Source: Neodothiora populina
Lineage: Eukaryota
DNA: 64,000 nt
NCBI RefSeq assembly: GCF_041146345.1
Contig: NW_027191406.1
Span: 1,302,001-1,366,000, forward strand
Reading direction: 5' to 3'
Shown here: in pieces, positions 1 to 11,944 of the stretch
Numbering within the stretch: the first letter of the stretch is position 1
How the letters are laid out: each line of letters opens with the position of its first letter
Translations under genes and position numbers: made by a program
Notes under the pieces: generated by a model
Databases searched by the model: none
Seen by the model: the letters and a program-made list of their open reading frames with translations, nothing else
What the model was told of the DNA's origin: nothing

Positions 1-549
1 CGACTTGAGACAGACGTCTGGGATCTGAATGACCTAAATCATGTCTCTGACAGCAGTTTTAGCCACGTCATGGGAAGCATGGTATTTTTCATGCTCAAAG
101 ACAGCAACGAGGCGCTAAAGGGGGTTAATCGCGTTCTGAAAGAAGGCGGTATCATCGCAGCGACTTCTTGGAACAAAGTCGAGTGGATGGAGCTCGCGTT
201 CGCGGCATCTGGAGCTACACGGCCTGATCTCGCTGCGAAGAGAGAAACGCCGTCTTTGCCGGGAGGGTGGACAAACCCCGAGGAGGTCAAAACAACACTC
301 GAAGCAGCTGGCTTCAAGGATGTACACGCTTCATATGTCAAGACTTCGTGTCATTTCGACGACCCTAGTGCATTCTTGCGGTGGCTCATCAATAGCAAAC
401 TCCCTGCTGTCGCAGAGCTGGTTCGCGATTTTGATGAAGACGACAAGACCAGGCTTGGTGATGAGTTCGTGAAACTCGTTGAGCAAAAGTGTGGCAACGG
501 GCCGAAGAGGCTCGAAGGCATTGCTGTGGAGGTCGTGGGGAGAAAGTAA
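1..549 (+). CDS. Class I SAM-dependent methyltransferase, C-terminal part (5' end outside window)
   Basis: Frame is open from base 1 (RLETDVWDLNDLNHVSDSSFSHVMGSMVFFML...ALKGVNRVLKEGGIIAATSW). This matches methyltransferase motifs II/III (xxDxSFxxV, RVLKxGG). Confidence 0.8.
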   Translation, partial: RLETDVWDLNDLNHVSDSSFSHVMGSMVFFMLKDSNEALKGVNRVLKEGGIIAATSWNKVEWMELAFAASGATRPDLAAKRETPSLPGGWTNPEEVKTTLEAAGFKDVHASYVKTSCHFDDPSAFLRWLINSKLPAVAELVRDFDEDDKTRLGDEFVKLVEQKCGNGPKRLEGIAVEVVGRK

Positions 550-1212
550 TGGACTAGGCTGGAGTAGCTTGGCAGATCCAATGCAATGGTGGTAACCCAC
601 TCCCAGTTTAGTTTCCAAGTACACAATGCCAAACCAAGAAATCTTCCCATACCATGATCTTGCGTTCTTAAAGACCGTATTACCCATGAGAGAGATCGGA
701 ATATATTGCATGCAGTAGCTTGGTCGTCACTTTGGAACAACTCTCAAGCTCGGTCTGTGCTTTCCTTGGATCAGACATCGCTCAACGCTTATTCACACAA
801 CCTTTCCTATCTCATCCTACGAATACGCCTCTGTCATTTCCACCCTATACTCTGATCTATTTCTATATCACGAGAAAAATCACAAGATTCAGTTCCCGTC
901 TTAGAGCCGTTTCCACCACCTGAAAGATTACTTGAAACTATTCCTTCTCAACTGGTCGTATACCTCCGTCGTACGAACTAGTCGTGCAGCCGGCTTGCAC
1001 GAGTGATTGCTATTGGCACCTTTGCCCATCATTACGCATGTATGCTCTGTCTTCGTTTTTGCCCTGGTTAAAGGATGTCTTGACTTAGCCTACCAGCTAT
1101 ACCAAGTGGACAGCTCAGAAAGCCATGGATGTGGCTCTATTGGTGACAATGTTTCTTGCAACTTCGAGTCAGCCAGTCGAAATTATAGTCAAATTCGGGA
1201 TAAGTACACTTT

Positions 1213-1220
1213 TATAAAAG
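1213..1220 (+). promoter_or_regulatory. Probable TATA box of the secreted-protein gene
   Basis: TATAAAAG about 140 nt upstream of the ATG at 1352. Confidence 0.45.
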
Positions 1221-1351
1221 GTAGAACAAATTCTCGTTCCTTAGACAGCAAGTCCAAATAGCCGTTTCATGTCACGTTCGTTCCATCCACTTGTTTGGCC
1301 TACTTGGCTGTCCATTCATTGATCAGATTTACCACTTCCATCTCCTCAACA

Positions 1352-2450
1352 ATGACTCGTTTCGCCGCCATTGCGGCTCTCGCTTTGTGCAGCAATTTTG
1401 TCTTTGCACAGAATGCTACCGCCGTTGAAGGCAACATCAATCCTGCCGACATCGAAAATCTCCCTGAGCCTACTATCTTAGGCCCTCCCATTGGAGATGT
1501 GCAAGAGATCGAGACCATCACATATGATGCTGCCAGTGTTACTGCCTCCGTTATCTCTCAAGCAACCACTGCAACACCTGTTGCCACTGATGTTTCTCTT
1601 ACCGTGGATCTCTCAAGTGCCGTAGCTACAGAGACTAATACTTCTACCCCTGCTATCGAGAAGCGATCGGTCATCATTGGTGATGATGCTTCTGATGGGC
1701 CAGCACAGCGATCTAGCATCATGATCAATCGTCGTAGTCTATCTTACCCCATCGACACCAGCAACACTCCTACCCCTAACGGCTACACGCCCGCCTTCGA
1801 GTCCCTTCAGGGTGCAACTCAAGCAAACGGCTACCTGACATACAAGACTCTGAAGAGCTACGATGCGTCTGCTTGTGCTGCAGCATGCAACAAGATCTCT
1901 TCTTGCGTCGTAAGTCGCACTAAGACTCTTCTATCGAGACCATGCTAAGCATAATAGTTCTTCAACATCTACTACGAAAGGAACCCGGACTCTAACAACA
2001 ATCCCATCGACGTTATCAAATGCTCGATGTATTTGATGTTCCAGCATAACACCACCGCGACTAATGTCGGTCAATGGCGTGGCAAGTTCCGTAAGTCTAG
2101 TCAAGCAGTCTTGGACTTCTTGTCTTTTCTTAATATTGTATTAGATGTCGTTATCACTGGCAGCAACGGTTACAACAAAGCTGCTACTCCTGTTGCGCCT
2201 GATGGCTACAGTCTCGAAATCTACGACAGTGCTGCAGTTAATGCGCCTCTTCGAGATAGTGCTGGTAGACAGTATGTCTGCTCTCACATGCAAGGCGGAC
2301 TTCCTTGACGTCACCTGCTCCACATCAGGAAACACTGTCTTCCAGGTTTGCAAGTTGGGTGGCAGCTCATTTTTGACTGTCTCTGGCATTAGTGATACCT
2401 ACAATGGTTGTACCAACATTGGTGGGACCCTTGCTGTCATCGCTGCTTGA
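1352..2450 (+). CDS. Secreted Ser/Thr-rich protein with a Cys-containing PAN/apple-like module; 3' end uncertain
   Basis: Signal peptide MTRFAAIAALALCSNFVFAQ and a Kex2-like EKR site. Introns 1910-1957 (GTAAGT..TAG), 2091-2144 and probably 2272-2392. The spliced product reads YDASACAAACNKISSCVFFNIYYERNP...IKCSMY...NVGQWRGKFHVVITGSNGYNK. Confidence 0.7.
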
Positions 2451-3475
2451 GATCCTTTCGCAAAATCGACAAGTATTGTCAGCAGTAAATAATCTCTCCT
2501 TCTCAGGTGTAGAGTATTTCTACGCTCATAATATTTAAAAATAGCTTTTAGTCTGGTTAGTCGGTACAGACCTCCCTTAATATCAACCAACATTCTCGTC
2601 TGTGCATGACCATCTCTTCCAAGAATTCGTATGTGATTCCGTAGCTTATACATATTCAATCAAGTCATATTCCCATTTTTGCTGTGACTTGACATCATTG
2701 CACCTTTGACAAGGGAACGATAGATCAGACACGTATCGTACGACGAACAACGCAGCCTCCAATTACGTGCGAGCGTATAGTCATCTCGTATATTGACTCA
2801 TATGGAGGATCCGATAACAAAGCTTCCGGCAAGCTTTCAGCCACAAATGCCGATGAGTAGTTGTGTCTACAAGAATCATAATTGTGTATCGGCTCAACCG
2901 ACATTTCAGGTGTTGCTATCGAATGCGGTCGTCTCGTCATCTCACGTCAGCTGTCAAATATGACGCTTTAAAGGTAATATGAGGAATCAATCATTATCAT
3001 CGCTGCACGACTTTGTACAGTAGTAGACAGGATAATGTACAAGACGGAGTATACCTTAAGGTACAACGTACGGTGATCCCCACTAAGAGCCCCAGAGAGC
3101 GCACTTTCCCCACCATATCAGTAAGCTAAGCCGAACCAGGAGCCACAGCTCCAGCCAATTTCTGTCCGTGCGTCGAGCAAGTAAAACGAGAACATTCCCG
3201 ACTTGTCAATTCTTCCGTTTTGACAAGCGGGAGAACCTCGAAGGGCGCGGTCTTGGCGTCAGCAACGTGTGACTCCTTCAGCTGTAGTCTCACAGGTAGG
3301 TCGAGTGCTTCTTTTTCACGATGAGCACGCCCTGTGTCTTCTTTTCTTTGATCTTGTCATCTGTTATTCTTTCACTCAATTCAATCGTACCGATTGGGGG
3401 TCCCATAGGGCGTGATTTATCCCTGTCTCGGTTTTTGTGACGCTTGACGCTCGGCCGGACTATAGTGAGGCTGAT

Positions 3476-6400
3476 ATGCCTACAATAAGCGAAGAAGAGG
3501 AGAGGGGTGTGCCTGAGGATGTCCAGTTTGGTGAATTTTTCGATTTCAATAAGGCTACCGGGTCTACTACGAAATCAACTGGTGAGGGGGCCTCGTTATA
3601 CGATTGCCCGGCACACCCAGGTGACAGGTCAGAATATCTATTTCCTTTCATCGAACATGTCTGTTGAGAGGGAATCGGCTGTTGTGTTGAGAACTCGAAA
3701 CCGAATCCAATGCTCATCAATGGATTTCTCGATGTTTCATGATGTATGTGTAAGCTAACAGAGTATAGCTGCCTATGCCATGGCTTCATCATAGATTCCG
3801 TACCGGAGCCCGGTATCGACAAACCCGTCGAGCAAACGGAATATCGTGCAGAAGACTATGGTCGATTCCAAGACTGGATCCCACGTTTCGTTGCTCCGGA
3901 CGAACCATGTGATTACTGCAGATCTCGACGCCTTCAGTGCTACCTGAGTTATGGAAAGCTTACTTGTACGGCATGCGATAGCCTCTGGCGATCGTGCAGT
4001 TTTGCAAAAGTGAATGAGGGCTCAAGTGATAGTGATGAAGTGCCCAAGGATATGGGTGTACTTGACACTCTACACCCTGTAGTAGAGGACGTCTGCCAGC
4101 AACAAGGAGCGTTAACGAGTACTAGAGTCCTCAAGTCCAAGTCGGGAGCGCCAGACGACAAAAAGACTAATCCAAGATTTTCCCGAGCGGCAGTCAAAGT
4201 CTTGAGAGAATGGATTGAGTCTCATCCAGACAATCCTTACCCTTCCGAGGACGAGAAGGCGGAGCTTGGAAGACTGACCGGACTGAAGTATGGTCAAATC
4301 AACACTTGGCTGGCAAACGCACGACGAAGGGGCAAAGTGGGTAGAGGAAGGACGAAAAGCGTCGACGCTTCTGAGAGACGCCGTTCTTCGCCCGTCGGCA
4401 TACCAACGTCTAACATCGAGGTCATGAATTGGGAGAATATGAATCCTTTAGAAAGTATGTTAACCCACATGTGGTACATGCAAAGACCACGAATTTCTAC
4501 AGACCACTGTAGCCCACACGTTCAGTGGCACTTTGGGGTATAGAGATCATGCTGACATGAGTCCACAGGATGGAAGCATTCCCCACCCATTAATGAACCT
4601 GCGCCAATCAATGCTATTAAGGATGCTCTGTCGAAAAATGAACTCCCCCTTTCGATCAAGAGACACCGTCGACGCTTGGCTACACGGGCTTTGGATCGAG
4701 CCGCGAAGATTCCGGAAGTCATTCGGTATCTAACAGACGAGCCCCATCTATGACCTCCCTTGAACAGGTCTCTTCCGAATCTGGAGCCTCCTCCGCAGCC
4801 TGGTCAGGGTCATTTGAATCATTCGGTTCTTTCAATTCCTTTGGAAGCAGTCTCAATGGCAAGCGGGATCGCCGGCGTCGAAGGCGCGGTGCTCCCACGC
4901 TAATCAGGAAGCAAACCGGAGACAAGTCCAAGCGGGCTTATCAATGCACCTTTTGCACGGACACATTCAAATCCAAGTATGATTGGAGCCGGCACGAGAA
5001 GTCACTGCACTTGTCTCTTGAAAAATTCATATGCTGTCCTCTTGGGCCATGTACTACGGATACGAGCACTGGTGACAAGATATGTGCTTACTGCCTGTCT
5101 CCTAACCCTACGAAAGAACATCTGGAGACACATGGCCACCAAACTTGCGTTGAAAAGGGCATGGAAGCTCGAACGTTCTATCGCAAAGACCATCTCCGAC
5201 AGCACCTAAAACTGATGCACGGCACTCGATTACTACCCCACATGGAAGCTTGGAAAGTCGAGGCTAGATTTGTCAATAGTCGATGCGGTTTTTGCGCTGA
5301 AAGATTTACAGTATGGCAGGAAAGAGTCGACCACATCGCGGCGCACTTCAAAGACGGTATGCAGATGATTGACTGGAAGGGCTGTCGTGGATTAGATCCT
5401 CAAGTCGCGGCCAACGTTCTCACCGCAATGCCTCCATATCTTATTGGGGTTGAGCAATCTTCCTTGAACCCCTTCTCCGCTTCGAATACTAAACGCTGTA
5501 TGACCGTTCGCAAGCATCAGGATAGTGAGGGAGCTCCACACGTCACATGCTGGGAAATTCTGACAGTACGACTCGGCCACTATGCCAAAGAACAAAGCGA
5601 CGAAGGCGTTGCAATCACAGACGAAATGCTGCAAAAGCAGGCTAGACTTATCTTATACGACGATCCGGACCCATGGAACCAGACAGCAGCTGACAACCCG
5701 GAGTGGTTAGATCTCTTCAAGCGTGCACACGGCTTAGATTATATCCCCAACGAGCTTGGCGCGGAAGGGAAAAATGTTCCTGAAGATCTCGAATTGTACA
5801 GCGATCTAGGTATTCCTATCCCCTTCAGTATTCAGCTGGCACAACAGAAGACAGAAGAAGAGCCCGGATCATCCGCAAACGTCTTGGAGCAAGCTCGCGA
5901 TCGCATGGTAGCCGCCAAGGTCTGGTCGGGACCGTATCCTGATGCGAAAGAGAAGATGACTGGATTCGGACCAACACGCAAAGAAACGCCACGGTATTCC
6001 AGCTTGACGATTCCGTTCGAAAGAGCCAAACAGTTCGAGACCGTCCCGGATCCCTACCCTGCGAGTGGTGTTCGCGGTCAGGTGCGTTACACAAAGGATA
6101 TGATTGACCCGAGCGCCCCGCAAGAAGAGATGAGCCAGGCCGAAATGCTTTGCTTCCTCGGCTTGAGCGGAGCGCATGTTAGTAACGAGGACTCGGCATC
6201 ATCGTCCCGTACACACAGCACGGTGGACATTGCACAAGACTTCTCGCAATGGTCAATCGACCAGACAACCCTCCAATCGTTTGCCGCCGCCGCACACAAA
6301 GATCTCACATCAGCCACGACCGTCAGCCAGTCCCTCCAAGCTCTGAACAACGTTCTAGCATCAGCTGCAGCAACCGAACTGGGACCAGATCCGACACTAC

Positions 6401-7053
6401 GACAAGACGTACCTCTTCTTGCCAATGCCCGCTGTTGCAACGACAGCGCCTGCCACTACCATCCAGCAAGAACAACGTCGACGTCAACATCCAACACGAC
6501 GCCGTCCTCTCTGTCATCCTTCAACCAGAGCAAATCTCAGCACAGAAACCAGGTCCTGCAACACCTCGGCTTCTCGCCCTGGAACATTGATCCCTCGGGT
6601 TCCACCACTACCACCACCACAAGTACAGACACAGATATGTTCCATGGCGCAAACACCGCAGACGCAGCAGGCTTCATAAACATGTCAGATCCAGCCATGA
6701 CGACGGCGACGAAACCGCCATCTCAAACGGCTCTAGACACCCATCTTTTCGGCGGCGGCGGCGGCGATGCTACTGACGCACAATCACTCTCGCACATGTT
6801 CGCACACGCAAATCTAAGCGGCGGTTTAGCTAAGCCAGCCACAACGATAGTGGAGGCGACGACGACGACAGCCACAGCAGCAGCAGCCATCCCATCGTCT
6901 TCGTCAGCAGTAGCAGCAATTGGCAGTGGTGGAAGAAACGACATCGACATGGCAGACTTCGACTTCAATGATTTGTGCTTCGATGACATCAATTTCGATT
7001 CTGCTGCCGCGACGAGCGCGACTGCGGATTTTGATCAGAGCTTGTTCTTTTGA
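3476..7053 (+). CDS. Transcription factor with a Zn2Cys6-like cluster, TALE-type homeodomain and C2H2 fingers; frame break near 4645-4750
   Basis: Introns 3628-3768 and 4455-4568. Motifs: CDYCRSRRLQC..CTACDSLWRSC; homeodomain LREWIESHPDNPYPSEDEK...INTWLANARRR; PLERWKHSPP across the splice; C2H2 YQCTFCTDTFKSKYDWSRHEKSLH and CGFCAERF..RVDHIAAH. Confidence 0.85.
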
Positions 7054-7526
7054 GACTGTGCTTTCTGATAAGTTGAAAAGTTGGACTCAACTCATAGTGA
7101 ATAAAACAAATAAGCCACTGCTTGGGAATTCGGGAGCATCAAGAAACAAAAAGGAGTCCAAAAATGGCGGGTGGGAGTAGTATTGGTGTCAAAACACACT
7201 CAAAACGACACGCGATTTTGTAAAGTGTTTCTGGATATAACATAACGGCCGAGACGGCGATTTATCCGTGAGCAAAGAAAATGTATGCTTGGGATACGGT
7301 AATACTTCTTAGACTAAAATAATGCAATCTTTTCTCGGTTTCCACGAAACAAGTCTGCAGTGCAGCGTAATAAGTATGTCGAGACCTTTGCCTCTTGGTG
7401 ATGATTCGGAAACCGATATCAAGACACCAGAAAGCAGGAAGAGTTTGGAATAACCGTTGCTTCTCGCACTGCAGAGCTAGACTACGATTTGGTCTTTCCA
7501 CCTTTGCTACCCCGCGACACAGAGCT

Positions 7527-10500
7527 TCACTCGTATGCTATTTGGTGGAAATCAGCTGGTATCTCCCACTCATGTGCTTTGCATGCACGTTTGTACGCCT
7601 CGATCGCTTCTCCGAGGCCATATGCAGAACTTGCACGTCTATTTTTCTCGAGTCGAGCCGGTCTTGGATCGAGCGATGCCATCTCCAAGCGGACCTGGAG
7701 AAGAACGGATTCCATGGTTGATGCAACTGACCAACCGGAGCTGAAATTGGGGTTAGAGACATCTCGTTGATCTCACATGGATGTGACTTACTTGGTCAGT
7801 AGCTCCATACAGAGGGCTCCACCCGCGGTCACATGGCCCCCACCTCCGTTTTGGAACGGGAGGAAACGAGGCTTGATAACACGCACAAATGGTGGACTAT
7901 GCGGATAGGAACCACTGAAACGAACCTCCAAGATGATGCTTTTTGCTCCAGCCGCTTTCATATCATCCACCAAGGGAATCATTGTGTCACCCTGGCCGAA
8001 TTCCTCGAACGAGTGTAGTTCAATGATCCACTGGTACGGGCAATCGAACAGCTCTGGATCGATGTACCAACCTAGTTCGTGCAATGGTGTCGAGTTTTGC
8101 AGCTTTAGAAGAGCTTTGAAGTCTTGATTCAGCCGAGTTGTCGCAGAGGTTGTTGCATATCCAGGCATTGATAGCTTCGGTAGGTCATCATGGTTGAGTC
8201 CTCCAGGTACGAACCCACCTCGAAGCACGGACTGATTTCTGTACTGGAATTAGCGACTAGTCAAGCAAAGTCTCTTCACAACCTACACTTTGTCGTTGAA
8301 CTTGGAATCAATTGACACTCCGTCAACTAATATGTTCCGATCATCTGTATCGGTCTCGTCACTCAGATCATCGTCGCCAAGGTAGTCGTCCTGGGCGTCA
8401 AGAGTTATCGGGTCGTGAGCAAGTCCACTGCCCTTGACCCGCTTATTTACAATGGTGGCCTTTCCGAAACTATTCTTGATTTTGCGTTTGCTCGAGGGTG
8501 AGGAACAAGCTGAGATGACAAGATATCCCTCACTTGCACGTGGGATTACCGATGGGTCTTGTACCCGCTCATGCTCTGGCTTTTTCTCGTCGAGGTTGCA
8601 AAAGTTCGGTTCGTTGCATTTGATGAAAAGGTAACGAGTCTGGATCCAGTCTACATGCTGGACGACGAGATGTGGGGAACGGCTGACGAATTCGCCGGGC
8701 GCATTGACGATCTCATTCAAGGCTATAGCAGTCCTGATCCTGAGCATCGACTGCGGCCAGCTCTGGTCGACTGTGCCGGAATAGCCCAGTGAAGTAGTAA
8801 GAGAGAGGGAGTGATAAACACCATTCCCATAGGCACGACCATTGACTGTATTCTCATAGTGCAGCCCCTCACGGATAATACTGTGCCAGTTCTGTAACGC
8901 ACTTCCATGAAAAGCGAATAGAGTAGCATGTTTCGGTTTCAATAGTTTCGCTGTGTCATGAACACACTTCAAGAAACGCTTCTCCTTGTCTGGAGCGCCC
9001 ATAGCGAAGCGGAACTGCATCCATCCCTTCATTCCATACACGTGAGTGTCCTTGGGGGCAGGTAGTCCAGTAACCGGGTCGTCATCATATGCTTGCATGA
9101 TGCAGGCTCTATTGGAAGCTATGACCCAACGCAGTGTACTCAAGGTAGCAGGAGGTATCATGTGTCTAGCTCTGGCCAGATCAGGAATGCGCTGCGTGGA
9201 CAAATAGCTTTTGATGTCGCATATGCTGTGTAAGCAATTGAGCAGGTTCTTGATAGCTCCACACTTTTGGTTATCATCCAAGGTGTCAAACTCGGTCTCA
9301 TGTCTCTCCATTGTGGCTGAAATCCATTTTCCCGGTGATGTCTTATCACCTGGAGCTTTCCGTGGTAGCTCTGGGATGTTGGTCTCGATTCCATGATCTG
9401 ACGAGCTGATGAAAGGTCCGGTGCTGATGACAGGATAATGTATACTCGATATGCAACACTGCAGATGTTTATCTTTCTCGAGGCTGATGGAGACCCACTC
9501 ACCGACGTTGACAGGGCATTTTTGCTCCATTTCCGGGAAGAGTATCTTCCGGGCCATCAAGTCCACTTTTATATCCCTCTTGATGGGAGCCTCACCACTA
9601 GTAGTCTTCGGCGTTGTAGGTTCCTGTGATGTCTTGGACTTTTGGCCATTCATTCTATGAAAAGACATGTATCGTGGACATGGATCGACGCGTTCTGCAA
9701 AGTGGCTTGGTATTGTCATGCCCAATCCTAGCGGAAATTCCTTGAGCGTACCAGCTTGGGCTTGGGCATACGCAAAGCTGACCAGAAGATCGATGGTGTA
9801 TGGTTGTGTTGCAATCTCGTGCTCGAACGAGGGCCCAAATCCTGTTTTGTTAGTTCGCGCATTATAAGTTCACAAATTCGAAGCGACCGAGACCTACCCA
9901 TAGTTACGTATTGGAACAAACACAGTCCTCCATCGCAAACATATGGCTTTATAGCCTCGATGTCGTTATGTAGCTTACGATGGCATACAACGCAGAACTC
10001 TGTGCATCTGACGAAGTGCCTGAGCAGCATCTGCGCAGCTAACAGAGGGAATGAAAGTCCCTCAGGACATGTATCGGTCCAATGATCAGCATCGACAATC
10101 GGCGGATAGGTAGCATTCAGAGCATCAGGGGCGAAGTACTTGTCAGCAATAGAACCACTGTTTAAGGGGGACGCTCCTCGATTGTCCGTGTAGAACTCCT
10201 CCGCACCACTTCGGCTGAGTCCTATCTCTCGATACTGCAGTATACTTATCAGCCGTTCGTTGAGAAGATTCTCTAAAGACTTCGACATGAAGACTGAACG
10301 AAATCCAGTCAATGGTGCGGTTGGTCTATCAGTAAAACTTGCGGTAGTGTTCCGAGTGTTAGCGCTACTGAAGGCCGATGTTGCCTCGTCCATTGTAGGT
10401 TTGTATTTTTTCGACGCACCAACACGCATAGTTGGGCGCAGTCCAATACTATCGCTACCGAGCAGCTGATCTAGAGTCCTGTACGAAGGGTACTGTATGA

Positions 10501-11251
10501 TGAGTGTGAGATAGTCCGAGGGCTCTACGTTCCAGGCTTGCATGGCATGGTCGCTAATGCCCAGTTTGGCGCATCGAACAGAAACTGAGACGAAGCAGTT
10601 GTCCCCTTCCAGAGGATCACGAAGGACCCCAATTTTGGAGCCCGCCAACTTCGCAAGACGAAGATCCGAGCGAATGCGGCGTTGAAACAGTGCTGTGGTC
10701 TCGACAAATCGGTCTGCTTTTGTAGCGACATCGGTGGTACTAGGATCTGCACAAAAATCATCCCCGAAACCGTCGTCTGCACCAGAATCGTACTCGTAGT
10801 CAGCCTCGGATTGCATGTCGTCTTCCACACAGGACTGGGACTCTGGCATATCAACGTCATCGCCCCTCACTATGCAATGCTTCAAGAGTGTTTCCGAGAC
10901 CGATGACAGAAGCTGTCTGACAGTCTTACACTTTGCAGAAGGCAATTTAGACGAGAGGATTGCAGCAATATCAGGCGGAGTGTCATCAGCAGCGAAGATG
11001 AAATAATCATGATCGGTAGGATAATCCGATAAATCTGACGGTATGAATCAGCAAATACATCAATGTTCCAATAGAAACGGCGATAGACCTGTAACCCCTG
11101 CTGTCACAGTGACACACTGCTCGAGAAGATCATGCCTGAATATGAAGCGGAACTGTCCATCGTCATCGCCGGGACAAAGATCGCATATGGAGTCGACACC
11201 ATGATGCTCCTGAGCCTGTTTCAGGTCTTCGATATATGCCTTGCGAGGCAT
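7527..11251 (-). CDS. PARP6/8-like mono-ADP-ribosyltransferase fused to a C-terminal UBE2Q-like ubiquitin-conjugating enzyme
   Basis: Five exons join in frame via introns ~11088-11035, 9897-9842, 8286-8239 and 7791-7741. Motifs: CVVCH..PYVCDGGLC zinc finger; ART signature AFHGS..NWHSIIREGL...GRAYGNGVYHS..TSLGYS; E2 YPHSPPFVRVIKPRF..GGGHVTAGGALCMELLTNSGW. Confidence 0.88.
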
Positions 11252-11944
11252 GATGTATTTTGATCCTGTTCCTTTACGAATCGGTTGTGGGCATGAGACA
11301 AGGAGAAGGTATAAGCGGCTTCAGGAATGTTGAACTTCCTGAAGTGTCAATTCGTCGGAAAAAAGACTAGCACAGGGTGTCTTCTGAAGACCCAAGTAAA
11401 GGCAAGATGCAGCTAAGGCAATGTTGTGTTACCTGAGCTAGCAGAGGGCACTGATATTTACCTATGTTGACAGGGGCATTTTCATGATTGAAGTGAAGTG
11501 GATGGATATGGCAGTTATTATTCAGTCAATATCTGCATTTGAGTAGTCAAAAATTGACAAGCTGACTCCGGTGAGTTCATGATTGCGGAAGGTGCGACAC
11601 ACGGCCACAACTACAAGGCAGCAATGGCGTCTGCCTAAAAAGATTGAAATCGAGAAGCGTGCACTGACTATTTATACAGGCCTGTGGTGTACCAGCACAG
11701 CATAGGTAGCTGAAGGCACCCACGGCATCGGATTCATTTACTCATTAGCGCCACCCCGCGCTGCTGCGCCGAGGCGGAGTCACCTCATGAGCGCGTCCCC
11801 ACATCACAATCATATTTCACCTCATCTCACAGGCGAATGAACAATGGCCTTTTGTTATGTAGAATGAATACACTCAAATGGATAATTCATAAGGCTCGTA
11901 ACATCGTATGCTAAAATCACTTCTTAAAACGCCAGTCTTATCCC

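Noticed and set aside
4645..4653. CCCTTTC as a canonical -1 frameshift slippery heptamer
   Set aside because: The heptamer is not phased with the incoming frame (codons read CCC CTT TCG), so classical tandem slippage is not supported.
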